A stretch of DNA of 64,000 bases from Malacoraja senta (lineage: Eukaryota): assembly GCA_038087875.1 (NCBI GenBank), contig CM075991.1:3162001-3226000 (forward strand), read 5' to 3'. The position numbers and the translations under genes are program-made. Of this stretch, positions 1 through 13,209 are shown in pieces. The notes beneath the pieces are model-generated. The model was not told the origin of the DNA. It made no database searches and worked only from the letters and a program-made list of their open reading frames with translations. How positions within the stretch are numbered: position 1 is the first letter of the stretch; each line of letters starts with the position of its first letter.

Positions 1-991
1 CCAGCAGCTTTAATATTCTCTGCAACTGATTCCAGATAATTTTATTCACTGCTGCTGCTTTCAGCAACCCACAGTTACTTCTTGCAGTCTCATCCATTTC
101 CTGCTGTTCCAGCTAATGGTAAACCAAGTAATTTATTAAGGAGGCCAGTTCTTCTCCTAATGGCTCTCCTGACCCTGACGGGGCAGCGAATCCTACTGCC
201 AGGAGTGGAACATCTGGCAGCTGCCGTTCATCGCCTTGTACAGCCTCACCGTCAGAGTCGGGGTCTGAAATCTCATGACCCGTAGCACGCTCCTCATTCC
301 TGAGGGTGCATTCCATCAGCCCTGAGCCAGGTGCTGTTAAGCTGCTCCTGCAGCTTGGATTACAGTACACTCCTTCCTGAGTGAACTTTGCTCCAACAGC
401 CTACGAAAAAGGCTTTCTATTTGGGCAACATGCTCGAAAGCAGTATCTAGCCCTGTACCAGGAGCTGTTTGAGCTGTTTCCAGCAGCTTGCTTTCAGTAC
501 ACTCCTCCCTGAGTGAACTTTGCTCCAAAAGCCTATGTAAAAGGCTTTCTATTTGGGCAATATGCTCGAAAGCAGTATCTAGCCCTGGAGCTACTTACAT
601 TGCCTGGGACTCCCTCCTGGGCCGTTGGGGTTTAAACTTCGTCTTTTGCCCGACAGGCGCTGGCTGTGTTTTCACCAGCCCCAGGTCCACAGTCGCTATG
701 CTCACCGCTGGCGACTGTACCGCGGTTTAGAGGCGGTTGGTCTCTAACCGCAGACTCCCGACTTTCCCGACTACTGTCGGCTGTGTCGCTCGCCTCTTCC
801 CCCTGTCCGTTTTTTCCATGGCGTCTGTGGAAAAAATTCCCCATAGACCCACAGTAAACGGACCTGGAAAACCTGAAAAAAGTTATTACTTACCTTGTAG
901 TTGAAAAACTACAAATCCACTCTCAGGAATGACGCGCAGGCGCACTGGCGGGGTTCTTCACGTAGTCACTCACGTGACTCCGAAGTAAAAT
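1..991 (-). mobile_element. Putative DIRS/Ngaro-like retroelement 5' end fragment (ORF1-like region)
   Basis: Sharp boundary at CACGTGACTCCGAAGTAAAAT (~971-991) followed on the minus strand by Ser/Arg/Glu-rich ORF fragments (632..844, 337..528). Family assignment is from recalled resemblance only; no RT or tyrosine recombinase domain in the window. Confidence 0.3.
350..587. repeat. Tandem duplication, 132-bp period (2 copies, 44 codons)
   Basis: CAGTACACTCC..CCTGAGTGAACTTTGCTCCAA...GCAGTATCTAGCCCTG starts at 363 and at 495; minus ORF 337..528 repeats EQSSLR.ECT. Confidence 0.85.
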
Positions 992-1099
992 TGGTTATTG
1001 GTCTTATTAAAACATTGTTTTTAGTTTGAAGTCGTACCATGCGCACCAAACCCTTAACATCAGGCATGATACTCTGCATATAGTCCAAAACACAAAAGC

Positions 1100-4000
1100 C
1101 CAAAGTTTTGATGGCATGAAACTTCTTCCTCCATGTCCGATCAACTCATGGATATGTTGTAACAATAATGTTGAATTGTGAAAATCCTTCGAGAGAATAA
1201 TAGGATATTTAGCAATAACGTTCATTGTTAGGTTTTGTTTAATTTCCGGATCATTAGCAGAGATTTCAATTCACAGCTCAAGTTTTGGCCATTCTCTGTG
1301 TGGCTTACAGAGAAACTCTGGTCCATTGATCCATCACTTATTGCTTAAGAAGCGGTTCACTGTCAGTCTTCTAGAAGCTTCATGTGCAGAATTGTCTTTT
1401 GTGTTAACATATTTCCATTGTGAAACATTAGTAGCTCCCAATGCTCTTTCCATTTGCAAATTGTCTTTGACCAAATCCAACTCTCTGGTCTCTTTGGCTC
1501 TATCATCTGGTGGAATGCTTTCCAATATAACACAACTGTTGCTGATCCACTTGGAAAGCGAGAATCCTTCCATTTTGCAAAGGGAAGTCAGATGTTCCAT
1601 TTGAATTGCTTCCTGCCCAGTAGCCATGGATTTTAAGCAATCATCCACATAGAAATTATTCTTCAAAGTGGTTATCTCTTCCTCTGTAAAGTGAACTTTA
1701 TTGTCCTCTGTGGTTTTCTTTAATGCAAAGTTCGCACAACTTGGTGATGACACTGCTCCAAAGAGATGTATCTTCATCTGGTATTCGACAAGATCTTGTT
1801 GTACATCCCCTTCAGGCCACCATAAGAATCGCAGGTAGTCAATGTGATTTTTTGATTCTTTGACTTGATGAAACATGGATCAGATATCAGCCATCAAAGC
1901 AATTGGTTCTGGTCTGAATTTAATGAGAACTCCAATGAGTGAGTTGGTAAGGTCTGGACCTTGCAGTAGTTGACAGTTAAGTGACGTTTCTTTGAAGACT
2001 GCGGCACAGTCAAAGACCACCTTCAAGGTCCCTTTCTTCGAGTAATACACCCCATGGTGTGGAATGTACCATAGCTATTCATCACTTCAATTCAGTTGGT
2101 TTGTTTTTACCATTTCGGCATAATCATTATCAATCATATCCTTTAGGAAGGACGTATATTCCTCATGACATTTTGTATCCTTGCCAAATTGCGTTTCAAA
2201 TTCTGGGTGCGTTGCTCTGCCATACGACGATTATTCGTCAGACTAACACTTTCTTGTTTGAAAGGAAAGTCCAGACAATAATGTCCGTCTATCATCTTTA
2301 CTGAGTAGTTCATAATATCCAAGAACTTCAACTCTTCCCTGGACATTTCTTCAGATTCCTTACTGGTACTTTCATTGAAGTCATGATTGTATTGCTTAAT
2401 CAATAGCTTTTCTAATTTACCAGTAGATATTTGATTAACAGCAGCAGCAGGGTAGTTCTTCTGGTTCCCGCTTTCGTTGTTCCTTCTCAAGGAGTCATAG
2501 ATAACCCATCCTAGTAGGGTTTTCATAGCAAACGGTCCATCATCTTGGCTCCTCACAATCTGTATAGGTTCCAATGCCTTCAAAGCATTCGTTCCGATAA
2601 GTAGGTCTATATCAGAATTTATTTTAGATATTTTGACATCCTTCAAGTGAGGCCATTGTCTCAAGTCCTCATGTCTGGCTATATTTTGATGACCAACAAG
2701 TATGGTCTCATGTGTAAACACTTCAGATATTGGTATACAATTATCTTCATTCAGACTGGATATCTCCATACTTGTAATGTAATGACTAATGCACTTCTTC
2801 TCTTCATTCATGGTACGCAATCGAATAGTAATCTCTTCTCCTGTGATGTCCAGCCTTCTCATCAAGCCTTCTGTGCAAAAGTTAGCAGAATTTCCGTGAT
2901 CCAATAATGCATATGTTTGTAACACTTTATTCGTCTTGCTATTCCTTAACTGTACTGGTTAGATAGAGAAGATACAGGCTTCTACCCCGGCCCCAATATG
3001 AGCAGTTATTGGGTGACAGCATCACTAGTAGCTGGCTTCTCCTTCTGTTCTATTTGCTCCGGTTTCTTCTTTACAGTGTGAAGTGTTTCAGGATTAGTTT
3101 GCTTGCACTTATCACAAATTATAGGACTCTTACAGTCTTTAACCATGTGTCCTTTTTTCAAACATCCAAACCAGATTCCCATCTTTTTTAAGAAATCCAC
3201 CCTTTCTTTCTATTCCTTCTTCTTGAATCTTCGACACCATCTTATGCTGTGACCAACTTCATCACATAACAAACAAAATATTTTTTGCTTGATAGTAGAT
3301 ACATCTCCTTTCATTCCACCTGTCATTTCCACGGGTATTATAGCGGTAGCAAAACTGCCTCCCTGATGTCCTGTTCTTCCTTTAGTTTTGGTAAAGGTAG
3401 AAACTTTGACAGTTGCAATTGGTTTATGATCTTCAATACCCCTGTGGTGTGGATCTAACATGTACCGTACTCGCTTTTCCAAGATTTCCATCAGCTCTGG
3501 TAACATGGCTACTTGCTTCTTCTTATCCAATATTCGACCTGCTTTATTTCTCCACTTTTCTCTAAGTCGTCTGGGCAGTTTTTGAATTATGGCTCTCGTA
3601 TTACTAACAAGATTCATCTCCTCCGTGTGGTTGAGATTTTCCGCCGAGCTACAACAACCTCTAAGAAATATTGCATGATCACTTAATGCCTCCACATCTT
3701 CTGGCTTGATATCTTTCCAAGCCTAGGCCTTCTCCATGTATGCATTAGCAATCCTCTGTTCATTACAAAAACATTCTTTAAGTAACCTTCTTGCCTCTTG
3801 ATAGCCTTGGCTGTCAGACTTATTTTGAAAACTTTCTACAAGTACCTTAGCACTTCCGCTTGTGTAATGCACCAGAAATCGTAATCGCTCTTTTTCATCA
3901 GTAATTTTCATTTCTATTACTTCGTCAATGGCATAATGAAAGCTTCGTACCGCAAAAGATCACCATTATATGTAGGAATTTCTATTGGTGGTAGGGTGAA

Positions 4001-4430
4001 AGAGAGATTTTGTTGAGCTATGAGCTTGTTGAATTCAGCTTGCCTATTCGCCAATGCAAAGAATCCATCCTGAGAACCTTGGCTTGGCGCAAACGGATGA
4101 TAGACAGGTCTCTGATAATAATACTGGCTTGCTCGAGCCTGCAAATCAGGCCTCGGAAAACCGTACTGAGCTGTTGGTTTGTCCCGAGCCTCTACAGACG
4201 CCCCATAAGTAGTTTGCTTCGGTCTAGCACCCAGTTGCTGAAATGAAGTTTTGTCCATCTTTGGCAACGTGCTAGTTCTGACAGACATGGGGGTGCACGT
4301 ACACAGTTCCATGAAGGTGGCCTCACGGCCCCGGGTGGACCGGGTGGTGCAGAAAGCTTTTGGAAGGCTTGCCTTCTATTGGTCATGGTATTGAGCAGAG
4401 GAGTTGGGACGTCATATTACAGTTGATGCA
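1100..4430 (-). mobile_element. Decayed BEL/Pao LTR retrotransposon internal region (gag-PR-RT-partial IN)
   Basis: Gag fragments (LRFLVHYTSG), zinc knuckle-like CLKKGHMVKDC, protease TYALLDHGN, BEL-type RT LRFLWW..HLFGAVSSPSCANFAL..FYVDD, integrase N-terminal PIIL..HIHELIGHGG. Many stops and frameshifts; no LTRs seen. Confidence 0.9.
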
Positions 4431-4805
4431 TCCTTTCCCTCAACGCCCTCGAGAAGAAAAGTAAAACTGTCCGGCTGCTGGAAATATGACATTCAAAACA
4501 TCAACGCTGTAAAATTTTGCAGGACGGATTTTTCCATAAATATGAATTAAGTTTATAATCTGTGAAATGGGACTGAATGGGAAAATGTATTGTTTTAACG
4601 AAGAATATTCCTTTGGTATACCCTGGACACTTCAACACAAGTAGTGTTCGTGTTAGCCAAGGAATTGGTCGAACCAAGTCCTTCTCATCGAATGTTCAGA
4701 TATTAATGAGTGAGGGTATTCCAATCCTTCGGTTGGTAATTGGTTCTGCACTTCTGCAGCCACACACGCGGAATCACTGACTTTGTGACATTACGTGAGT
4801 GGGTG

Positions 4806-5005
4806 GACAATAGACAATATACAATCGGTGCAGGAGTAGGCCAATCGGCCATTCAATATGTTCATGGCTGATCAACCCCAATCAGTACCCCGTTCTCCCA
4901 ATATCCCCTGACTCCGCTATCTTTATTAACCCTATCTAGCTCTCTCTTGAAAATATACAGAGAACCGGCCTCCACAGCCGTCTGAGGCAGAGAATTCCAC
5001 ATGGA
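4806..5005 (-). mobile_element. CR1 LINE 3' fragment
   Basis: WNSLPQTAVEAGSL..FKRELD C-terminus and the CR1 3' UTR/tail (GACAATA repeats). Confidence 0.85.
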
Positions 5006-5204
5006 AATGAAGGCAGAGAACTGGTGAATCTGAAGAAACAAAATAGTGGAGCAAGGGAATGAGTGTGGTAGGGATCCAATAGAAATATATGGAAACAAAG
5101 AGGAATGTCATAGAACTTTGTTTTGACTTCCAGAGAATGCATGGTTTCGGCACAGTTCCGATATTCTGCAGTGAAAACGCACAAAGTCTATAAATGGGCG
5201 ACGC

Positions 5205-8107
5205 AACATAGAAAAATAGAAAATAGGTGCAGGAGTAGGCCATTCGGCCCTTCGAGCATCCACCGCCATTCAATATGATCATGGCTGATCATTGAACTCA
5301 GTATCCTGTACCTGCCTTCTCTCCATACCCCCTGATCCCTTTAGCCACAAGGACCACATCTAACTCCCTCTGAAATATAGCCAATGAACTGGCCTCAACT
5401 ACCTTCTGTGGCAGAGAATTCCAGAGATTCACCACTCTCTGTGTGAAAAATGTTTTTCTCATCTTGGTCCTAAAATATTCCCCCCTTATCCTTAAACTGT
5501 GACCCCTTGTTCTGGACTTCCCCAACATCGGGAACAATCTTCCTGCATCTAGCCTGTCCAACCTCTTAAGATTTCCCCGCAATCTTCTAAATTCTAGCGA
5601 GTACAAGCCGAGTCTATCCAGTATTGCTTCATATGAAAGTCCTGACATCCCAGGAATGAGTCTGGTGAACCTTCTCTGTACTCCCTCTATGGCAAGAATG
5701 TCTTTCCTCAGATTTGGAGACCAAAACTGTACGTAATACTCCAGGTGTGGTCTCACCAAGACCCTGTACAACTGCAGTAGAACCTCCCTGCTCCTATACT
5801 CAAATCCTTTTGCTATGAATGCTAACATACCATTCGCTTTCTTCACTGCCTGCTGCACCTGCATGCCTACTTTCAATGAGTGGTGTACCATGACACCCAG
5901 GTCTCGTTGCATCTCCCCTTTTCCTAATCGGCCACCATTCAGATAATAGTCTACTTTCCTGTTTGTGCCACCAAAGTGGATAACCTCACATTTATCCACA
6001 TTATACTGCATCTGCCATGCATTTGCCCCCTCACCCAGCCTATCCACGTCACCTTTCAGCCTCCTAGCATCCTCCTACAGCTAACACTGCCCCCCAGCTT
6101 CATGTCAACCGCAAACTTGGAGATGCTGCATTCAATTCCCTCGTCCAAATCATTAACATATATTGTAAATAGCTGGGGCACCAGCCCTGAGCCTTGTGGT
6201 ACCCCACTAGTCACTGCCTGCCATTCTGAAAAGGACCCGTTTACTCCTACTCTTTGCTTCCTGTTTGCCAGCCAGTTCTCTATCCACATCAATACTGAAC
6301 CCCCAATACCATGTGCTTTAAGTTTGTATACTAATCTCTTATGTGGGACCTTGTCGAAAGCCTTCTGAAAGTCCAAATATAACACATCCACTGATTCTCC
6401 CTTATCCACTCTTCTAGTTACATCCTCGATAATTCTATAAGATTCGTCACACATGATTTACCTTTCATAAATCCATGCTGACTTTGTCCAATGATTTCAC
6501 CACTTTCCAAATGTGCTGCTATCCCATCTTTAATAACTGACTCCAGCAGTTTCCCCTTTACCGATGTTAGACTAACTGGTCTGCAATTCCCCGTTTTCTC
6601 TCTCCCTCCCTTTTTAAAAAGTGGGGTTACATTAGCTACCCTCCAATCCTCAGGAACTACTCCAGAATCTAAAGAGTTTTGAAAAATTATCACTAATGCA
6701 TTCACTATTTCTGGGGCTACTTCCTTAAGTACTCTGGGATGCAGCCTATCTGGCCCTGGGGATTTATCGGCCTTTAATCCATTCAATTTACCTAACACCA
6801 CTTCCCGGCTAACCTGGATTTCACTCAGTTCCTCCATCTCATTTGACCCCCGGTCCCCTGATATTTCTGGCAGATTATTTATGTCTTCCTTAGTGAAGAC
6901 AGAACCAAAATAGTTATTCAATTAGTCTGCCATGTCCTTGTTCCCCATGATCAATTCACCTGTTTCTGACTGCAAGGGACCTACATTTGTTTTAACTAAT
7001 CTTTTTCTCTTCACATAGCTATAAAAACTTTTGCAGTCAGTTTTTATGTTCCCTACCAGTTTTCTTTCATAATCTATTTTCCCTTTCCTAATTAAGCCCT
7101 TTGTCCTCCTCTGCTGGACTCTGAATTTCTCCCAGTCCTCTGGTAGGCTGCTTTTTCTGGCTAATTTGTATGCTTCATCTTTTGTTTTGATACTATCCCT
7201 GATTTCCCTTGTTATCCACGGATGCACTACCTTCCCTGATTTATTCTTTTGCCAAACTGGGATGAACAATTGTTGTAGTTCATCCATGCAGTCTTTAAAT
7301 GCCTTCCATTGCACATCCACCGTCAACCCTTCAAGAATCAATTGCCAGTCTATCTTGGCCAATTCACGTCTCATACCCTCAAAGTTACCTTTCTTTAAGT
7401 TCAGAACCCTGAATTCATTATGTCACTCTCCATCCTAATGAAGAACTCAACCATATTATGGTCACTCTTGCCCAAGGGGCCACGCACAACAAGACTGCTA
7501 ACTAACCCTTCCTCATTACTCAATACCCAGTCTAGAATAGCCTGCTCTCTCGTTGGTTCCTCTACATGTTGGTTTAGAAAACTATCCCGCATACATTCCA
7601 AGAAATCCTCTTCCTCAGCACCCCTGCCCATTTGATTCACCCAATCTATATGTAGATTGAAGTCACCCATTATAACTGTTTTACCTTTGTTGCACGCATT
7701 TCTAATTTCCTGTTTGATGCCATCCCCAACTCCATTACTACTGTTAGGTGGCCTGTACACAACTCCCACTAGCGTTTTCTGCCCCTTAGTGTTTCGCAGC
7801 TCTACCCATATCGATTCCACATCCTCCAAGCTAATGTCCTTCCTTTCTATTGCGTTAATCTCCTCTCTAACTAGCAACGCTACCCCACCTCCTTTTCCTT
7901 CCTGTCTATCCCTCCTGAATATTGAATATCCCTGGATGTACAGCTCCCAGCCTTGGTCACCCTGGAGCCATGTCTCCATGATCCCAACTATATCATAGTC
8001 ATTAATAGCTATCTGCACATTCAACTCATCCACCTTATTACGAATGCTCCTTGCATTGAGACACAAAGCCTTCAGCCTTGTTTTTACAACACTCTTACCC
8101 CTTATAC
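5205..8107 (-). mobile_element. CR1 LINE (host copy, 3' part): APE endonuclease-RT ORF2, disrupted
   Basis: ORFs 7401..8066 (CLNARSI, GDFN, SDH), 6922..7374, 6418..6921, 6056..6454 (GVPQGS, FAVD) and 5298..6047; 3' tail near 5205. Continues at 13210-13596. Confidence 0.95.
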
Positions 8108-11100
8108 GACCGCGGGGCTTGTTTTACAGAGGCCCAGGAACCGTTGGTGAGGGAGGAGGAACCTAAATCTGTAACGTTCCAACGTTCCACTCGCATTCCA
8201 CAGTTCAATACAAGTGGGCTTGAGGAAGCCGCTGATTGGTGGAAGCGGACTAGAGGAAGCAGTTGATTGGGTGTCAGATCCCTGCTGATTTCTTCCAGCA
8301 GTTTGTATTGTATTGTATTGCACTTTGTATTGTATCCAAGGTAAGGGAGGAGTATGAGGGCCAGGGCAGTTTACTGTTCTGGATGTCAGATGTGGGAAGT
8401 CATGGAGTCTGATAGCCCTCCAGACGTCCACATCTGCGCCAGGTGCGTCGAGATGGGGCTCCTAAGGGACCGTATTAGGAACCTGGAGCATGTCCTCTCG
8501 ATGACCTCCGTCTGGTCAGGGAGAGTGAGGAGGTCATAGAGAGGAGGTATAGAGAGGTGGTCACTCCAAAACCACAGGAGACAGACAAGTGTGTCACAGT
8601 TAGGAGGGGCAAGGGGCAGAGGCAGGGACTAGAGAGTACCCCGGTGGCTGTACACCTTGACAATAAGTACTCCTGTTTGAGTACTGTTGGGGGGGACAGC
8701 CTACCTGGGGGTAGCGACAGCGGCCGGGCCTCCGGTACAGAGACCAGCCCTGTTGCTCAGAGGGGTAAGGAAAAGAAGAAGAGGGCATTAGTAATAGTGA
8801 TAATATCCTAGTTAATAATGGAATATTTTATGTATTTTATTAAGTAAAGATTAAATTGGGTTTTGGGTTCTGAGTAAATGAAAGCTTTGAAAATTGGGTT
8901 TGTTGAAGGGCTGAGTAATCAGGAAATTGGAGGCCAGCATTCAAACTGCATCCAAGCTGCTTCCTGTTGTGCCCAAGCAAAAGATATTGACAATGGTGAG
9001 AGGGTATGTACTTGCTGAGAAGGTTCTGGCTTCTGTAAACACAAGCCTTGGGAGAGGGTGAGCTTCCTGAGAAATTGGTATTCTCTGCTAGCAGAAACTT
9101 CTGTGGGCAACTGATAAGGATCCTTACATTGTTTAAGAAGGTACTGCAGATGATAGACCTTTGGCTAACTTCCTGTTATTTGGGGTTTCGTAACTAAAGT
9201 TTGTGATCGATATAACCATAGCATGAGAAGTATTGTATTAGTGACAAGCATGCTTTGAATGGGTAGAGCAGTGATTGATATTTTAGACGTCATTGCTGCC
9301 ATTCTGTATGAACATGTGACTATGTTTCCAAAACAGTATAAAAAGATGCTGTGTCTTCATTCATTAGAGTGATGGCCTGGGAGGAGTTAAGTATCTGCTG
9401 TATGCTTGACTTTGTATCTCCTAGCACTCTCTAGCTAAATGATCATTAAAGCTTGTATTGGTTTTACCCAACTTATTGTAAGTTGTCTGTTTTAAGAAAA
9501 TGAACCTTAACTATAGGGGACTCTATAGTTAGGGGGTCAGACACGCGATTCTGTGGATGCAGTTGGGAGACCCGGATTGTAGTTTGCCTCCCTGGTGCCA
9601 GGGTCTGGGATGTGTCTGAACGTGTCCAAGATATCCTGAAATGGGAGGGAGAGGAGCCCGAGGTCGTGGTACATATAGGTACCAATGACATAGGTAGAAA
9701 AAGGGAAGATGTCCTGAAAGGAGAATTTAGGGAGTTAGGAAGAGAGTTAAGGAAAAGGACCGCAAAGGTAACAATCTCAGGATTACTGCCTGTGCCACGT
9801 GACAGTGAGAGTAGGAATGGAGCGAGGTGGAAGGTTAAATGCGTGGCTGAAGGACTGGTGCATTGGGCAGGGATTCAAATTTCTGGATCATTGGAACCTC
9901 TTTTGGGGAAGGTGTGACCTGTACCAAAAGGACGGGTTGCACTTGAACCCGAGGGGGACCAATATCCTGGCAGGGAGATTTGCAAAGGCTACTGGGGAGA
10001 CTTTAAACTAGAATGGTTGAGGGGAGGGACTCAAATAGAGAAAGCTAGTAGACAGCATGTGAGGCAGGAGGCAGAGAAGGGAAGGACTCAGACCCATGTA
10101 GGGGGGGAAGAAGAAAAAGATAATAAGCAGAGAATAAGAGGTGGTGGGTTTCTTAAATGTGTGAGCAGAGAGACAGAGGGGTGTAAAATGAGGGTAGAAG
10201 CAATAGGTAGCAAGGTGAAAAGTAAAAGTGGTAGGCAGACAAATCCAGGGCAAAAATCAAAAAGGACCCTTTTTCAACATAATTGTATAAGGGGTAAGAG
10301 TGTTGTAAAAACATGCCTGAAGGTTTTGTGTCTCAATGCAAGGAGCATTCGTAATAAGGTGGATGAGTTAAATGTGCAGATAGCTATTAATGACTACGAT
10401 ATAGTTGGGATCACAGAGACATGGCTCCAGGGTGACCAATGCTGGGTGCTGAACATCCAGGGATATTCAATAGTCAGGAGGGATAGAGAGAAAGGAAAAG
10501 GAGGTGGGGTAGCGTTGCTGGTTAGAGAGGAGATTAACGCAATAGAAAGGAAGGACATTAGCTTGGAGGATGTGGAATTGATATGGGTAGAGCTGCAAAA
10601 CACTAAGGGGCAGAAAACACTAGTGGGAGTTGTGACCAGGCCACCTAACAGTAGTAGTGGAGTTGGGGATGGCATCAAACAGGAAATTATAAATGCGTGC
10701 AACAAAGGTAAAACAGTTATAATGGGTGACTTCAATCTACATATAGATTGGGTGAATCAAATTGGCAGGGGTGCTGAGGAAGAAGATTTTTTGGAATGTA
10801 TGCGGGATAGTTTTCTAAATCAACATGTAGAGGAACCAACGAGAGAGCAGGCTATTCTAGACTGGGTATTGAGTAATGAGGAAGGGTTAGTTAGCAGTCT
10901 TGTTGTGCATGGCCCCTTGGGCAAGAGTGACCATAATATGGTTGAGTTCTTCATTAGGATGGAGAGTGACATAATTAATTCAGAAACAAGGGTTCTGAAC
11001 TTAAAGAAATGTAACTTTGAGGGTATGAGACGTGAATTGGCCAAGATAGACTGGCAATTTTATTCTTAAAGGGTTGACGGTGGATATGCAATGGAAGGCA

Positions 11101-13209
11101 TTTAAAGGCTGCGTGGATGAACTATAACAATTGTTCATCCCAGTTTGACAAAAGAATAAATCAGAGAAGGTAGTGCATCCGTGGATAACAAGGGAAATCA
11201 GGGATATTATCAAAACAAAAGATGAAGCATACAAATTAGCCAGAAAAAGCAGCCTACCAGAGGACTGGGAGAAATTCAGAGTCCAGCAGAGGAGGACAAA
11301 GGGTTTAATTAGGAAAGGGAAAATAGATTATGAAAGAAAACTGGCAGGGAACATAAAAACTGACTGCAAAAGTTTTTATAGATATGTGAACAGAAAAAGA
11401 TTAGTTAAAACAAATGTAGGTCCCTTACAGTCAGAAACAGGTGAATTGATCATGGGGAACAAGGACATGGCAGACCAATTGAATAACTACTTTGTTTCTG
11501 TCTTCACTAAGGAAGACAATTAATCTGCCGGAAATAGCAGGGGACCGGGGGTCAAATGAGATGGAGGAATTGAGTGAAATCCAGGTTAGCCGGGAAGTGG
11601 TGTTAGGTAAATTGAATGCATTAAAGGACGATAAATCCCCTGGGCCAGATAGGCCGCATCCCGTGAGTACTTAAGGAAGTAGCCCCAGAAATAGTGGATG
11701 CATTAGTGATAATTTTTCAAAACTCTTTAGATTCTGGAGTAGTTCCTGAGGATTGGAGGGTAGCTAATGTAACCCATCTTTTTAAAAAGGGAGGGAGAGA
11801 GAAAATGGGGAATTACAGACCAGTTAGTCTAACATGTGGGGAACTGCTAGAGTCAGTTATTAAAGATGGGATAACAGCACATTTGGAAAATGGTGAAATC
11901 ATTGGACAAAGTCAGCATGGATTTATGAAAGGTAAATCATGTCTGACGAATCTTATAGAATTTTTCGAGGATGTAACTAGTAGAGTGGATAAGGGAGAAC
12001 CAGTGGATGAGTTATATCTGCACTTTCAGAAGGCTTTCGACAAGGTCCCACATAAGAGATTAATATACAAACTTAAAGCACACGGTATTGGGGGTTCAGT
12101 GTTGATGTGGATAGAGAACTGGCTGGCAGACAGGAGGCAAAGAATAGGAGTAAGCGGGTCCTTTTCAGAATGGCAGGCAGTGACTAGTGGGGTACCACAA
12201 GGCTCAGTGCTGGGACCCCAGCTATTTACAATATATATTAATGATTTGGATGAGGGAATTGAATGCAACATCTCCAAGTTTGCGGATGACACGAAGCTGG
12301 GGGGCAATGTTAGCTGTGAGGAGGGTGCTAGGAGGCTGCAAGATGACTTGGATAGGCTGGTTGAGTGGGCAAATGCATGGCAGATGCAGTATAATGTGGA
12401 TAAATGTGAGGTTATCCACTTTGGTGGCAAAAACAGTAAAGTAGAGTATTACCTGAATGGTGGCCGATTAGGAAAAGGGGAGATGCAACGAGACCTGGGT
12501 GTCATGGTACAAAAGTCATTGAAAGTAGGCATGCAGGTGCAGCAGGCAGTGAAGAAAGCTTATGGTATGTTAGCATTCATAGCAAAAGGAATTGAGTATA
12601 GGAGCAGGGAGGTTCTACTGCAGTTGTACATGGTCTTGGTGAGACCACACCTGGAGTATTGCGTACAGTTTTGGTCTCCTAATCTGAGGAAGGACATTCT
12701 TGCCATAGAGGGAGTACAGAGAAGGTTCACCAGACTGATTCCTGGGATGTCAGGACTTTCATATGAGGAAATACTGGATAGACTCGGCTTGTACTCCCTA
12801 GAATTTAGAAGATTGAGGGGGGATCTTATAGAAACATACAACATTCTTAAGGGGTTGGACAGGCTAGATGCAGGAAGATTGTTCCCGGTGTTGGGGAAGT
12901 CCAGAACAGGGGGTCACAGTTTAAGGATAAAGGGGAAATCTTTTAGGACTGAGATGAGAAAAACATTTTTTACACAGAGAGTTGTGAATCTCTGGAATTC
13001 TCTGCCACAGAATGTAGTTGAGGCCAGTTCATTGGCTATATTTAAGAGGGAGTTAGATGTGGCCCTTGTGGCTAAAGGGATCAGGGGGTATGGAGAGAAA
13101 GCAGGTACAGGATGCTGAATTGGATGATCAGCTATCATCATATTGAATGGCGGTGCAGGCTCGAAGGGCCGAATGGCCTACTCCTGCACCTATTTTCTAT
13201 GTTTCTATG
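8108..13209 (+). mobile_element. Near full-length CR1 LINE inserted into the minus-strand CR1 (5-bp TSD TATAC)
   Basis: ORF1 from 8354 (CxxC..CxxC finger; SGNH/GDSL esterase GDS, GTND, DGLH). ORF2 APE (10017..11069) and RT (11694..13118, FADD). TTTCTATG tail. TATAC at 8103-8107 and 13210-13214. Frameshifts present. Confidence 0.95.
8798..9512 (+). mobile_element. Probable solo LTR inserted in CR1 ORF1
   Basis: 715-bp non-CR1 block starting TG, ending TTAACT (CA-like), with ATTAAA near the 3' end. Flanked by ATAG at 8794-8797 and 9513-9516; removal restores ORF1 ALVIGDSIV. Confidence 0.7.

Noticed and set aside
4707..4800. Possible signal-peptide exon (MSEGIPILRLVIGSALLQP.. with downstream gtgagt)
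   Set aside because: That frame stops at 4780 before the donor, and the frame that would splice in phase 1 has an upstream stop and no ATG.
5976..12844. Long antisense ORFs over CR1 copies (also 25482-27921 and 59565-61555)
   Set aside because: Shadow frames of LINE ORF2 that recur in every copy; no independent coding evidence.
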